Source of the DNA: an uncultured Anaerolineae bacterium
GTDB lineage: Bacteria > Chloroflexota > Anaerolineae > Aggregatilineales > Ch27
Assembly: GCA_964533805.1 (NCBI GenBank)
Contig: CAZHMJ010000001.1
Location: 9,978 to 73,977 of the forward strand
Direction of reading: 5' to 3'
DNA: 64,000 nucleotides
Shown here: positions 32,200 through 41,262 of the stretch, piece by piece
Numbering within the stretch: the first letter of the stretch is position 1
Layout of the letters: every line of letters starts with the position of its first letter
Translations under genes and position numbers: made by a program
The notes under the pieces: model-generated
Seen by the model: the letters and a program-made list of their open reading frames with translations, nothing else
The model's database searches: none
Told to the model about the DNA's origin: nothing

Positions 32200-32988
32200 A
32201 TGAACCAAGTTGCCTCCCCGGTCATCCTGATCACCGGGGCTTCCTCCGGAATCGGGTATGAGACGGCACTGGCCTTCGCCCGGCAGGGAGCCAGGGTTGC
32301 CGCGCTGGCCCGCCGGGCCGACCGCCTGGCCGCGTTGAGCGAAGCCGCCGCGTCCCTGCCCGGCGAAATCCTGCCCCTCCAGACCGATGTCACCCGCCCG
32401 GATGAGATCAGGGCTGCCGTCGAACAGACCGTCGCGCGCTGGGGGCGGCTGGATGTCCTGGTCGCCAACGCCGGGATCGGCCACCGTGGGTCGCTGGTCG
32501 AAGCGGCCTGGGACGACCTGGAGATCGTGCTGCGCACCAACATCGACGGCGTGCTGCACAGCATCCGCGCGGCCGTGCCCGCCATGCGCGCCAGCCCAGG
32601 CGACAGGCCGCGCCACATCCACCTGATCTCATCGATCACCGGGAACGCGCCGCCGCCCTATGCAGCCGCCTACGGGGCCAGCAAAGCCTTCGTCAATGGA
32701 CTGGCCCGCGCCCTGCGCGTCGAGCTGGCCGCCGACCGGATCTACGTCACCACCTTCCTGGTCGGCCAGACTGACACCGAGTTCGCCCAGCGCCGCCTGG
32801 GGCATTCCGGCAAAGTGGCCGGCAAATTGCCCTCCATGTCGGCCTCACAGGTCGCCGAGACGATCGCGCGCGTCACCTTCCGGCCAAAGCGCACGGTCGT
32901 GCTGCGCCTGATCGACCGGGTCTTGATTGCAGCCGGCGCGATTGCCCCGGCTCCGTTCGACCAATTCCAGGGCAGGATCTATCGCTGA
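32200..32988 (+). CDS. SDR family oxidoreductase
   Basis: Cofactor motif ITGASSGIGYETA, NAG in VLVANAGI, and catalytic YAAAYGASK. Confidence 0.88.
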   Translation: MNQVASPVILITGASSGIGYETALAFARQGARVAALARRADRLAALSEAAASLPGEILPLQTDVTRPDEIRAAVEQTVARWGRLDVLVANAGIGHRGSLVEAAWDDLEIVLRTNIDGVLHSIRAAVPAMRASPGDRPRHIHLISSITGNAPPPYAAAYGASKAFVNGLARALRVELAADRIYVTTFLVGQTDTEFAQRRLGHSGKVAGKLPSMSASQVAETIARVTFRPKRTVVLRLIDRVLIAAGAIAPAPFDQFQGRIYR

Positions 32989-33080
32989 GCAACGCGTCGC
33001 AGCCTCCGATTCGATCTCGTTTTTGCCTTGACTGAGTGCCCAAAAACATTCTCCGCGCGTGAAAAGACCCTGAGCGCGCG

Positions 33081-33109
33081 TTTACATCCGCCGGGGGAGC
33101 GTTTATACT
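33081..33109 (+). promoter_or_regulatory. sigma-70-type promoter
   Basis: TTTACA (33081..33086), 17-nt spacer, TATACT (33104..33109). About 100 nt upstream of the 33217 start. Confidence 0.55.
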
Positions 33110-33216
33110 GGATTCAACATGCAATACGCTTCGGATTCGTTGCCCTGGGGTGAGTCTGGGCGCTAAGTTGGCAGCAGCCGACCGAACACTCTTCAAGACC
33201 AGCACAGGAGGCAGCC

Positions 33217-33435
33217 ATGCAATCACGAGGCATCTACGACCGCCAAGGTGAATTGTTCGCCTATCTCGTTGGAACCGTGGTCTACGACCTGGACGACACC
33301 CAGAAAGGCTATGTGCAGGAGGGGTGCGTCTACGCCATGAATGACGAGAAGTTGTGGCTCATCCGTGGCGACGGACTCTACACCCTCAAGGGTGAGGCAG
33401 TAGGGTACCTGGGAGCCAACTTTCGGGAAAGCTAG
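33217..33435 (+). CDS. small repeat-containing hypothetical protein (72 aa)
   Basis: ATG preceded by CAGGAGG. Three similar beta-hairpin-like units (GELFAYLVG / KGYVQEG / GEAVGYLG). Stop lies 3 nt before the ybaK GTG. Confidence 0.6.
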   Translation: MQSRGIYDRQGELFAYLVGTVVYDLDDTQKGYVQEGCVYAMNDEKLWLIRGDGLYTLKGEAVGYLGANFRES

Positions 33436-33438
33436 CGC

Positions 33439-33924
33439 GTGGCCAAACCAATCAAAAAGCTGAACTCCATGCGCCTGCTGGAAAGTCATGGAGTCGCCTA
33501 CACCGTCCACGAATATTCGCCCGAGTTTCACAGCGCGGAGGAAGTGGCCGAGATTCTTGGCCTGCCACCCGCCAGCGTCTACAAGACCCTGGTGGCCTTG
33601 CGGGCCAATGGCCGGCCGGTGCTGGTCATCATCCCCGGCCCGGCCCGGCTGGACCTCAAAGCCCTGGCCGCCGCGGTCGGCGAGAAGCGGGTGAGCATGG
33701 CGACCCATGCCGACGCCGAGCGCCTGACCGGCCTCAAGGTCGGCGGGATCAGCGCCCTGGCCCTGACTCACAAGGGCTGGGAGGTGATCCTGGACGCCAG
33801 CGCCGAGAGCTACGACACGATCACGATCAGCGCCGGGCAGCGCGGCCTGAACCTGAGCGTTCCGGTGGCCGGTCTCAAGGCGATCCTCAAGCCGCGCGTG
33901 GTCTCGGTCATCGAGGCCGACTGA
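33439..33924 (+). CDS. ybaK: Cys-tRNA(Pro)/Cys-tRNA(Cys) deacylase YbaK/EbsC family
   Basis: 161-aa ORF. KKLNSMRLLESHGVAYTVHEY...SVYKTLV...GGISALAL is typical of the YbaK family. Confidence 0.82.
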   Translation: MAKPIKKLNSMRLLESHGVAYTVHEYSPEFHSAEEVAEILGLPPASVYKTLVALRANGRPVLVIIPGPARLDLKALAAAVGEKRVSMATHADAERLTGLKVGGISALALTHKGWEVILDASAESYDTITISAGQRGLNLSVPVAGLKAILKPRVVSVIEAD

Positions 33925-33947
33925 CGACCACAGCCATTCCAGAAGAA

Positions 33948-33994
33948 CACATCAAACGTCCCGGCGGGCACAATCCACCGGGACGTTTGATGTG
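33948..33994. terminator. long perfect hairpin between convergent genes (probable bidirectional terminator)
   Basis: 17-bp perfect stem cacatcaaacgtcccgg (33948..33964) / ccgggacgtttgatgtg (33978..33994) with a 13-nt loop. No clear U-tract on either side. Confidence 0.55.
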
Positions 33995-34015
33995 CAGGCA
34001 AACACCAGCGCGGGT

Positions 34016-34696
34016 CTAGCCCTTGCTGGGGATGTAGCGGCTGATCGCGCCCGCCAGGTTCGAAAGCGGCATCGTCTGGAGCCACACCCGACCCGGTCCG
34101 GTCAGGGTCGCCAGGAACAGCCCTTCGCCGCCGAACAGCACATTACTCACGCCGCGCACCATCTCGATATCGTAATCCACCGTCGGCTCGTACATGGCGA
34201 TGTGGCCGGGATCGACCTTGATCCGCTGGCCCTGCCCAAGCTGATACTGTTGGACTTCGCCTGAGATCTCGACGAACGCAATGCCGGGGCCGGTCAGCTT
34301 CTGGAGGATGAAGCCTTCGCCGCCGAACAGGCCCGTGCCCAGGCGCTTGCGGAAGTGCATTTCCATCTGCACGTCATCCTCCGCACACATGAAAGCGTCC
34401 TTCTGGGCGATGATCGAAAAACCGGCCTGAAGCGGGACGGGGATAATCGCGCCGGGCGCTTCCGGCGTGAACACAATCGTGGCTTCCGGAGCCTTGCAAG
34501 TGTATGTCGTCAGGAACAGCGATTCACCCGCCAGCGCACGGCCGAGCATCTTGCCCAGCCCGCCCCGCCCGCTGGTCTGCATCTCGATCCCATCGCTCAT
34601 CCAGGCCATCCCACCCGACTCGGTATAGATCGCTTCCCCCTGCGTCAGGCGGATTTCCAGCATGGGTAAAGTCGTGCCTTTGATTTCGTATTTCAT
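34016..34696 (-). CDS. AIM24/TIGR00266 (DUF124) family protein, copy 2
   Basis: 226-aa ORF MKYEIKGTTLPMLEIRLTQGEAIYTESGGMAWMSDGIEM... with FGGEGFILQKLTGPG and FGGEGLFLATLTGPGRVWLQ, typical of the family. Confidence 0.8.
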   Translation of the reverse strand: MKYEIKGTTLPMLEIRLTQGEAIYTESGGMAWMSDGIEMQTSGRGGLGKMLGRALAGESLFLTTYTCKAPEATIVFTPEAPGAIIPVPLQAGFSIIAQKDAFMCAEDDVQMEMHFRKRLGTGLFGGEGFILQKLTGPGIAFVEISGEVQQYQLGQGQRIKVDPGHIAMYEPTVDYDIEMVRGVSNVLFGGEGLFLATLTGPGRVWLQTMPLSNLAGAISRYIPSKG

Positions 34697-34812
34697 GCCG
34701 TATCAATCTCCTGGCTCATTCGTCCCATGATTCACCGTAAATGCATTGTAGGGGATGCACCTGAATCGCGCTTGACAACCACCCGACATCCAGCCGACAG
34801 AACCACCGCGCT

Positions 34813-35550
34813 CTAGAGGTTATCCAGGATGCGCGTGATCCCACCCAGCGTATCCCCGCCCCGTTCAGCGCTGCCGCCGGTGTGGATGTAGCGCGACAGC
34901 GCGCCCGCCAGGTTCGAAAGCGGCATCGTCTGGAGCCACACCCGGCCCGGCCCGGTGAGAGTCGCCACGAACAATCCCTCGCCGCCAAACAGGATGTTGC
35001 TGGCGCCGCGCACCATTTCGATGTCGTAGTCCACCGTCGGCTCGTACATGGCGATATGGCCCGGATCGATCTTGATCCGCTGGCCGGCGGCGAGCTGGTA
35101 CTGGTGCACCTCGCCCGCGATCTCGACGAAGGCCGTGCCCGGCCCAGTCAGCTTTTGAAGGATGAATCCTTCCCCGCCAAAGAGGCCCGTGCCCAGGCGC
35201 TTGCGGAAGTGCATCTCGATCTGGACGTCGTCTTCCGCGCACATGAAGGCATCCTTCTGGGCAATCATCGAGTACCCCGCCTGGAGTGGCACGGCGACGA
35301 TATGCCCCGGCGCCTCCGGGGTGAACACAATCGTGGCTTCCGGAGCCTGGCAGGTGTACGTCGTCAGGAACAGTGATTCGCCCGCCAGCGCCCGGCCGAG
35401 CATCTTGCCCAGGCCGCCGCGCCCGCTGGTCTTCATCTCGATCCCGTCGCTCATCCAGGCCATGCCGCCCGATTCGGTATACAACGCCTCGCCCTGGCGC
35501 AGCCGGACTTCCAGCATCGGCAGCACGGTTCCCTTAATCTCGTATTCCAC
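34813..35550 (-). CDS. AIM24/TIGR00266 (DUF124) family protein, copy 1
   Basis: 245-aa ORF. GTG start 8 nt after GGAGA. Near-identical to the downstream copy over most of its length, with a distinct C-terminal tail. Confidence 0.8.
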   Translation of the reverse strand: MEYEIKGTVLPMLEVRLRQGEALYTESGGMAWMSDGIEMKTSGRGGLGKMLGRALAGESLFLTTYTCQAPEATIVFTPEAPGHIVAVPLQAGYSMIAQKDAFMCAEDDVQIEMHFRKRLGTGLFGGEGFILQKLTGPGTAFVEIAGEVHQYQLAAGQRIKIDPGHIAMYEPTVDYDIEMVRGASNILFGGEGLFVATLTGPGRVWLQTMPLSNLAGALSRYIHTGGSAERGGDTLGGITRILDNL

Positions 35551-35566
35551 TGTTTTCGTCTCCTGG

Positions 35567-38500
35567 TTAGATATCCGTCTCGCGGGCTGCGGACGGCGAC
35601 TCTGCGCCTGAGACCGTGACCTCTACCCAACGCACCTCGATCACGCCCGGTAGCGCCCGAAGCTCCGCCATCAGTCCCTCGCTGAATTGGGTCGTATGAT
35701 TCGGAAACTCCATGTTGTATTCCTGACTGCCCTGGCAAATGGCAATCTGGAACCGATCGCCCCCATGGAACTCGGTCAGGCGACCATGGATGCGCCGCAA
35801 GCGGCGGCGGTCCACATCGACGTCCTCCGACCGCGCGAAACGGATCACGATCAGCTTGCGCGCCTCGATCGTGGACGCGGCCCGGTAGGAGGGCATGTCC
35901 TCCTCGCTGACATCCGCCCAGACCGGCCGTCCACCGGGCGTCGCCGGGCGCGGCGATGCGGGCTGCGCCGGCCGGGAGGGCATGAATTCCCCCGACCGGG
36001 ACGGCGCAGGACTGCGCCGCGCTTCGCCCGGTTCGGCAGCCCAGGCGGGCGGGCCTTCCGCCGCGCGCGTACTCACGCCCGTCGCCCGTGGCGTGGCCTC
36101 GGCGCGTGGTTGAGCAGACGCCGCCGCGGGCCTTTCCGCCCTGGGTTGAGCCGCCTCCGCCTGGGTAGCCACAGGCTGGACAATCTCGGCCACCGGTTGA
36201 GGGATAAGGTCCGGCGCATCAACAACGCCTCCCGCGCTGGCCGGCGCAATGTTCGGGCGGGGGGCCGGTTCCCAGGGCGGCGGCGCGGGGGGCAGATCGG
36301 ACTCGTCCATCCCGACATCGTCTAAAGGAGGCAGTGGGCCTTCTTCCGGTGGCTCCTCGCCATTCCCCAGCCAGCCCGGCAGCGCCTCCAGATTGCGGAG
36401 GAGCTGGGCCGTCATCGGCGCAGCCTCTTCGCTGACCGTGAAATTCGTGGAAACATTATCGGCGACGATCTGCGCCTCGCCCCGGCTGGCGTCTACCTTG
36501 CCGCTGACCCGGATGACCGCCCCTTCCTGCACCATGTCGGCACACTGGCGCCAGATGCGCGGGAAGAGCACCACGTCGATCTGGCCCTGCAAATCCTCCA
36601 GGGTAATGATCGCCATCGAGTCACCCTTCTTGGTGATCAGGGTGCGCAGCGACTCGACCAGCCCAACCACGGCCACCGGCCGGTCATGCAGGGCCTCGGC
36701 ATCGTCCTTGATCTCCCGGCTCTGGGTGATGTTGCTGTACGGGTTCTGGATGTAGCCCAGTACCGAATCCAGCGGGTGGCTGGTGACGTACAGGCCCACC
36801 AGTTCCTTCTCCCAGTTGAGCATTTCGCGCTGGCTGGCTTCCGGCATCTCCGGCAGATTGCCCAGCATGTCCTCACCCGAATCGAACTGAACGCCGGTCA
36901 TCGCCCCGAACAGGCTGAGCTGGCCGACATCCCTGGCCCGGTGCTGCTCGGCGCTAAAACTCAAGATACGATCCAGCGCGCCGAGAAGTTGCGGTCGCGT
37001 GCCAAACGCCGCGAGCGCCCCCACCCGGATCAGGCTCTCCAGGGCGCGTTTTTGGACGATCCGCAGGTCAACCCGGCGGCTGAAGTCGCCCAGGTCCTTG
37101 AACGGCCCGCCCTCCGCCCGCACGGTGATGATGTGTTCCATCGGCACGGTGCCGGCATTCTTGATAGCGGCCAGGCCGTAGCGAATCCCGCGCCGCCCGT
37201 CGTCCCGCGTCTCGATGGTGAAGTCCAACCCGCTGCTGTTGACGTCCGGCGGCAGGATTGGGATGCCCATCCGCCGGCATTCGGCCGTGAAATGCGACAC
37301 CTTGCTGGTGTCGTCGCGGTGGACGGTCAGCAGCGCGGTCATGTATTCGACCGGGTAATGCGTCTTGAGGAACGCCGTCTGGCAGGTGATCACCGCGTAG
37401 TCGGCGGCATGCGAGTTGTGGACGATGAAGTCGTTGGCGATGAAGTTGTGGCTGTCCGCCACTGTCAGATCGTAGGTCGGCATTTCTCCAACGTATTCGA
37501 TCGAGGCAACTTCATCCCAGGCCACCGCCTGGCGGTCGCTTCCTGTGACGGTGACGCGGTCGCCCACTGAGAGCTTGCCGAGCCATACCCAACCATCCGG
37601 CGTCAGGAACGGATGATTGGCCGTGGCTTCAATCTGACGACCGAGACGGCTCGTCAGACGATAAACGGGTTTGATCCCGTTCTCGTGGACCTGGGTCACG
37701 GCCCCGTGGCCCAGGTGGAGGGTGTCCACGTCACAGGTCAATGTATACTCGATCGTCGCCGCGCCGGAGGCCAGATCGCCAATCCGCACCAGCCGTCCTG
37801 TCACCGCGTCGACCACTTCGACATGGGCTGGCAGACACTTGTTGAAACCATACCGCGCGAAGAACTCGATGTCGTCGAAAATCGCCCCAGCCGATTCCGG
37901 ATCAACGCCGAACTCCGGCCCCTTCTCGAGGAAAATCCCGCGGTGCTTGAGAAGATCTTTCTCCTTCTTCTTGGAGACAGCGCGCCGCATCAGGTCGGCG
38001 TCACCGAGCGAATACCCGAACAGATCGGCCGCGATCTGCATGATCTGTTCCTGGTAGACGATGATGCCATACGTCTCTTCCAGGATGGGCTTGAGCAAGG
38101 GGTGTTTGTAGATGACTTCCTCGTCCCCATGCAACCGCTGGTTATAGGTCGGGATGTATTCCATCGGCCCCGGCCGGTAAAGCGAGATCGCCGCGACGAT
38201 GTGCTCGAACGTCTTGGGCTTCATCTCGGTCAGCATCTTACGCATCCCGGAGCTTTCGATCTGGAAGACGCCCACCGTCTCGCCACGCCCGATCAGGTCG
38301 AAGGTCTGCTCGACCTGGCGGGTCAGCTCCGGGTTGTCCGGATCGGGCCGGTAGGGGATGTTCTCCATCGTGTAATGCACCCCGTGGTATTTCTCCACCA
38401 GCTCACACGCCTTGCGCATGATGGTCAGAGTGGAGAGGCCCAGGAAGTCCACCTTCAGCAGCCCGATCGACTCGCAGGTCTCCATGTCGAACTGGGTAAC

Positions 38501-40150
38501 CATCTTGACCGGCACGTCGTCGGCGCTGCCCTTAGTCGGGCGGTGAAGCGGGATGTACTCGTCCAGCGGCTTGTCGGAGACGATCACGCCGGCGGCATGG
38601 GTGCTGGCGTGGCGGACGACCCCTTCCAGGTTGCGAGCCACATCGATCAGCCCCTTGACGGTTGGGTCGGACGCATAGGCTTCCTTCAACTCCGGAATCG
38701 CCTTGCCCGGCTCGTCGCCCAGGGCGTCACTGAACTTGACCGGCTTGGCCCCGCTGGGCAACATCCCGGCGATCCGGTTGACTTCCGGCAGGGGCATGTC
38801 CAGGGCGCGGCCCACGTCCCGGATGGCGGCCTTGGAGCCCATCGTCCCGAAGGTGATGATCGCCGCGACTTTGTCCTCGCCGTACTTGCTGGAGGCATAC
38901 TCGATCATCTCCGGACGGCGGTCGTCGGGGTAGTCCAGGTCGATGTCGGGCATCGACACGCGACCGGGGTTCAGGAAGCGCTCGAAGATCAGGCTGTTCT
39001 TGAGCGGGTCGATATTCGTGATGCCCAGGCAATAAGCCGCCACGCTGCCCGCGCCGGAGCCGCGCACGTTCCACCAGATATCGGCGTGCCGGGCGAATTC
39101 GCACAGGTCCCACACGATCAGGAAGTAGGTATCGAACCCCATGTCATGGATGATCCCCAGCTCGTAGCTGAGCCGGTTGATCACCACCGGGTCGTCGGCC
39201 CGCGCCCCGTAGCGCCACTGGAGGCCCTTCTCGCACAGGTGGCGCAAATAGGTCTGCCCGTCGAAGCCCTCCGGCACCGGAAAGACAGGCAGGTGGTACC
39301 CTTCCTTCTCCAGGCTGACATCGCACATCTCCGCGATGCGCAGCGTGTTGGTCAGGGCTTCCGGGACCTCGCCGAACAGCGACCACATTTCCTCCGGTGA
39401 GCGGAGGTGGTAGCTGGGATCGGTCATACGCATCCGGTCGGGGTCGTTCTTGAGGCTGCCCGTCTGGATGCACAGCAGTGTGTCGTGCGGATCGAAGTCT
39501 TCCTGGCGGATGTAGTGGGTGTCATTGGTCGCCAGGAGGGGCACCTCGGCGTGGTGCTGGTTGGCGACCAGCCACCTGTTCCACTTGTGCAACTCCGGGA
39601 TGTCGTGGTGCTGGAGCTCCAGGAAGAAATTCTCCTTGCCAAAAACCTCCTGGTACCAGCCAATTGTCTCGTGCAGGCGAGTATCGCCCCGATCTTCCTC
39701 GAACATGCGCGGGAGTTCCGCCGCCAGGCAGCCCGTGGTGACGATCAGGCCCTCGGCGTGCTGTTCGAGGAGCGCCTTGTCCACCCGGGGCCGGTAGTAG
39801 TAGCCGCGCAACTGCGACTCGCTGGCCAGCTTGAGCAGGTTCTTGTAGCCGGTCATGTTTTTGGCCAGCAGCAGGAGGTGATACGGGCGGCTGTCCAGGG
39901 CGGGATCGCGGTCTTCCATCCCGCGCCGGGCGAGATAGGTTTCCATCCCGATGATCGGCTTGATTCCGGCCGCTTTGGCCGCCCGGTAGAATTGCAGCAC
40001 GCCGAACATCGCGCCGTGATCGGTGATCGCCACCGCGGGCATGCCCAATTCGGCCGTGCGCGCGACCAGCTTGTCGATCCGGCTCAGGCCGTCCAGCAGC
40101 GAGTATTCGGTATGGACGTGCAGATGGACAAAACTCTTGTCTTCACTCAT
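35567..40150 (-). CDS. dnaE: DNA polymerase III alpha subunit, intein-containing, with long C-terminal extension
   Basis: ATG 40150 gives the PHP N-terminus MSEDKSFVHLHVHTEYSLLDG. Polymerase core motifs (PDIDLDY, GLLKVDFLGL) and an OB fold. The conserved YGFNKSH motif is interrupted by an intein. Confidence 0.95.
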   Translation of the reverse strand: MSEDKSFVHLHVHTEYSLLDGLSRIDKLVARTAELGMPAVAITDHGAMFGVLQFYRAAKAAGIKPIIGMETYLARRGMEDRDPALDSRPYHLLLLAKNMTGYKNLLKLASESQLRGYYYRPRVDKALLEQHAEGLIVTTGCLAAELPRMFEEDRGDTRLHETIGWYQEVFGKENFFLELQHHDIPELHKWNRWLVANQHHAEVPLLATNDTHYIRQEDFDPHDTLLCIQTGSLKNDPDRMRMTDPSYHLRSPEEMWSLFGEVPEALTNTLRIAEMCDVSLEKEGYHLPVFPVPEGFDGQTYLRHLCEKGLQWRYGARADDPVVINRLSYELGIIHDMGFDTYFLIVWDLCEFARHADIWWNVRGSGAGSVAAYCLGITNIDPLKNSLIFERFLNPGRVSMPDIDLDYPDDRRPEMIEYASSKYGEDKVAAIITFGTMGSKAAIRDVGRALDMPLPEVNRIAGMLPSGAKPVKFSDALGDEPGKAIPELKEAYASDPTVKGLIDVARNLEGVVRHASTHAAGVIVSDKPLDEYIPLHRPTKGSADDVPVKMVTQFDMETCESIGLLKVDFLGLSTLTIMRKACELVEKYHGVHYTMENIPYRPDPDNPELTRQVEQTFDLIGRGETVGVFQIESSGMRKMLTEMKPKTFEHIVAAISLYRPGPMEYIPTYNQRLHGDEEVIYKHPLLKPILEETYGIIVYQEQIMQIAADLFGYSLGDADLMRRAVSKKKEKDLLKHRGIFLEKGPEFGVDPESAGAIFDDIEFFARYGFNKCLPAHVEVVDAVTGRLVRIGDLASGAATIEYTLTCDVDTLHLGHGAVTQVHENGIKPVYRLTSRLGRQIEATANHPFLTPDGWVWLGKLSVGDRVTVTGSDRQAVAWDEVASIEYVGEMPTYDLTVADSHNFIANDFIVHNSHAADYAVITCQTAFLKTHYPVEYMTALLTVHRDDTSKVSHFTAECRRMGIPILPPDVNSSGLDFTIETRDDGRRGIRYGLAAIKNAGTVPMEHIITVRAEGGPFKDLGDFSRRVDLRIVQKRALESLIRVGALAAFGTRPQLLGALDRILSFSAEQHRARDVGQLSLFGAMTGVQFDSGEDMLGNLPEMPEASQREMLNWEKELVGLYVTSHPLDSVLGYIQNPYSNITQSREIKDDAEALHDRPVAVVGLVESLRTLITKKGDSMAIITLEDLQGQIDVVLFPRIWRQCADMVQEGAVIRVSGKVDASRGEAQIVADNVSTNFTVSEEAAPMTAQLLRNLEALPGWLGNGEEPPEEGPLPPLDDVGMDESDLPPAPPPWEPAPRPNIAPASAGGVVDAPDLIPQPVAEIVQPVATQAEAAQPRAERPAAASAQPRAEATPRATGVSTRAAEGPPAWAAEPGEARRSPAPSRSGEFMPSRPAQPASPRPATPGGRPVWADVSEEDMPSYRAASTIEARKLIVIRFARSEDVDVDRRRLRRIHGRLTEFHGGDRFQIAICQGSQEYNMEFPNHTTQFSEGLMAELRALPGVIEVRWVEVTVSGAESPSAARETDI
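37415..37837 (-). mobile_element. mini-intein (141 aa, no homing-endonuclease domain) in DnaE
   Basis: Extein junctions ...ARYGFNK | CLPAHVEVVD...TANHPF...YDLTVADSHNFIANDFIVHN | SHAADYAV. Cys1 codon at 37837..37835, terminal Asn codon at 37417..37415, +1 Ser. TxxH block B and terminal HN are present. Excision restores GFNKSHAA. Confidence 0.9.
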
Positions 40151-40219
40151 GAAGTGATCCAGGGTTGCTACCAATACACGGCATTTTGTGGGGAACACGA
40201 AACAGCACAGTCTGGCTGC

Positions 40220-40228
40220 ATTATAGCA
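40220..40228 (-). promoter_or_regulatory. extended -10 promoter for dnaE
   Basis: The minus strand reads TGCTATAAT (TGn plus TATAAT), about 70 nt upstream of the dnaE ATG in an AT-richer divergent intergenic region. Confidence 0.45.
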
Positions 40229-40396
40229 CACGTGGTCGGATCGCCGCCCCTGGTTATGGCCGTTTTTGATCAAGTTGAACTTCAGAAAGACATAAGATAT
40301 GATTGCATCAGCACAATCCTTTGTTAAGGATTTGCTTGAGTCTTTTCCAGCGTTTTCGCTTTCTGGGTAAACTTAGAATAACCTTGTGGAGTATCT

Positions 40397-41215
40397 ATGC
40401 CTGAGTTGCCCGAAGTCGAAACCGTCGTGCGCGGCCTGCGCGAGCCACTGCTGGGCCGCACCTTCACCAGCGCCTGGCTGGATTGGCCACGCTGCCTGAT
40501 CACACCCTCCATTGAAGTCTTCCAGGCCCGGCTGCCCGGCCAGACCGTGCGCCAGCTCGCCCGGCGCGGCAAGTACATCCTCGCCAGCCTGGATGAGGCC
40601 ACGCTGATCATCCACCTGAAGATGACCGGGCGGCTGTACGTCGTCCCGACTGGCTCTCAAAACGCGGCGGATCGCTGGGTACACTTTCGCTTCGGGCTGG
40701 ATAACGGCCACGAGCTGCGCTTCTCCGACGCGCGCAAGTTCGGGCGGGTCTACCTCGTCCCCGATCCGGCCGAAGTTGTGGGTGCGCTTGGCCCGGAACC
40801 GCTGGCGGACGAGTTCAGCCTGGCGAGCTTCCAGGCCCGGCTGGCCGGTCGCGGCGGGCAACTCAAGCCCTTGCTGCTCAACCAGGCGTTCGTCGCGGGC
40901 ATCGGCAATATCTACGCCGACGAAGCCCTACATCGCGCCGGGCTTCACCCCCTGCGCCTGGCGGGGAGCCTGTCCGGGGACGAGCAAGGCCGCCTGTACG
41001 ATGGGATTCGCGCCGCGCTGGCCGATGGCATCCAGCGCCAGGGGGCCAGCATCCAGTGGTATCGCCAGCCGGACGGCGCGCCGGGCAGCGCCCAGGACCA
41101 TTTCGCGGTCTATGGACGAACGGGCGAGCCGTGCCCGGCCTGCGGCACGCCCATCGAACGCATCGTGGTCGGCCAGCGGGCCACCCATTATTGCCCGGCC
41201 TGCCAGCGCCGGTGA
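40397..41215 (+). CDS. mutM: formamidopyrimidine-DNA glycosylase
   Basis: N-terminal MPELPEVE and C-terminal zinc finger CPACGTPIERIVVGQRATHYCPACQ. Confidence 0.93.
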   Translation: MPELPEVETVVRGLREPLLGRTFTSAWLDWPRCLITPSIEVFQARLPGQTVRQLARRGKYILASLDEATLIIHLKMTGRLYVVPTGSQNAADRWVHFRFGLDNGHELRFSDARKFGRVYLVPDPAEVVGALGPEPLADEFSLASFQARLAGRGGQLKPLLLNQAFVAGIGNIYADEALHRAGLHPLRLAGSLSGDEQGRLYDGIRAALADGIQRQGASIQWYRQPDGAPGSAQDHFAVYGRTGEPCPACGTPIERIVVGQRATHYCPACQRR

Positions 41216-41262
41216 ATTCAGGCATCATCAACGCCCGTACTTGTCGGTGGAGTGAATAGGAC

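Noticed and set aside
35687-36325. 212-aa plus-strand ORF inside the dnaE 3' region
   Set aside because: Antisense to the Pro/Ala-rich linker of DnaE. An Arg/Gly/Pro-rich translation is expected from the complement of P/A codons, and there is no independent start signal.
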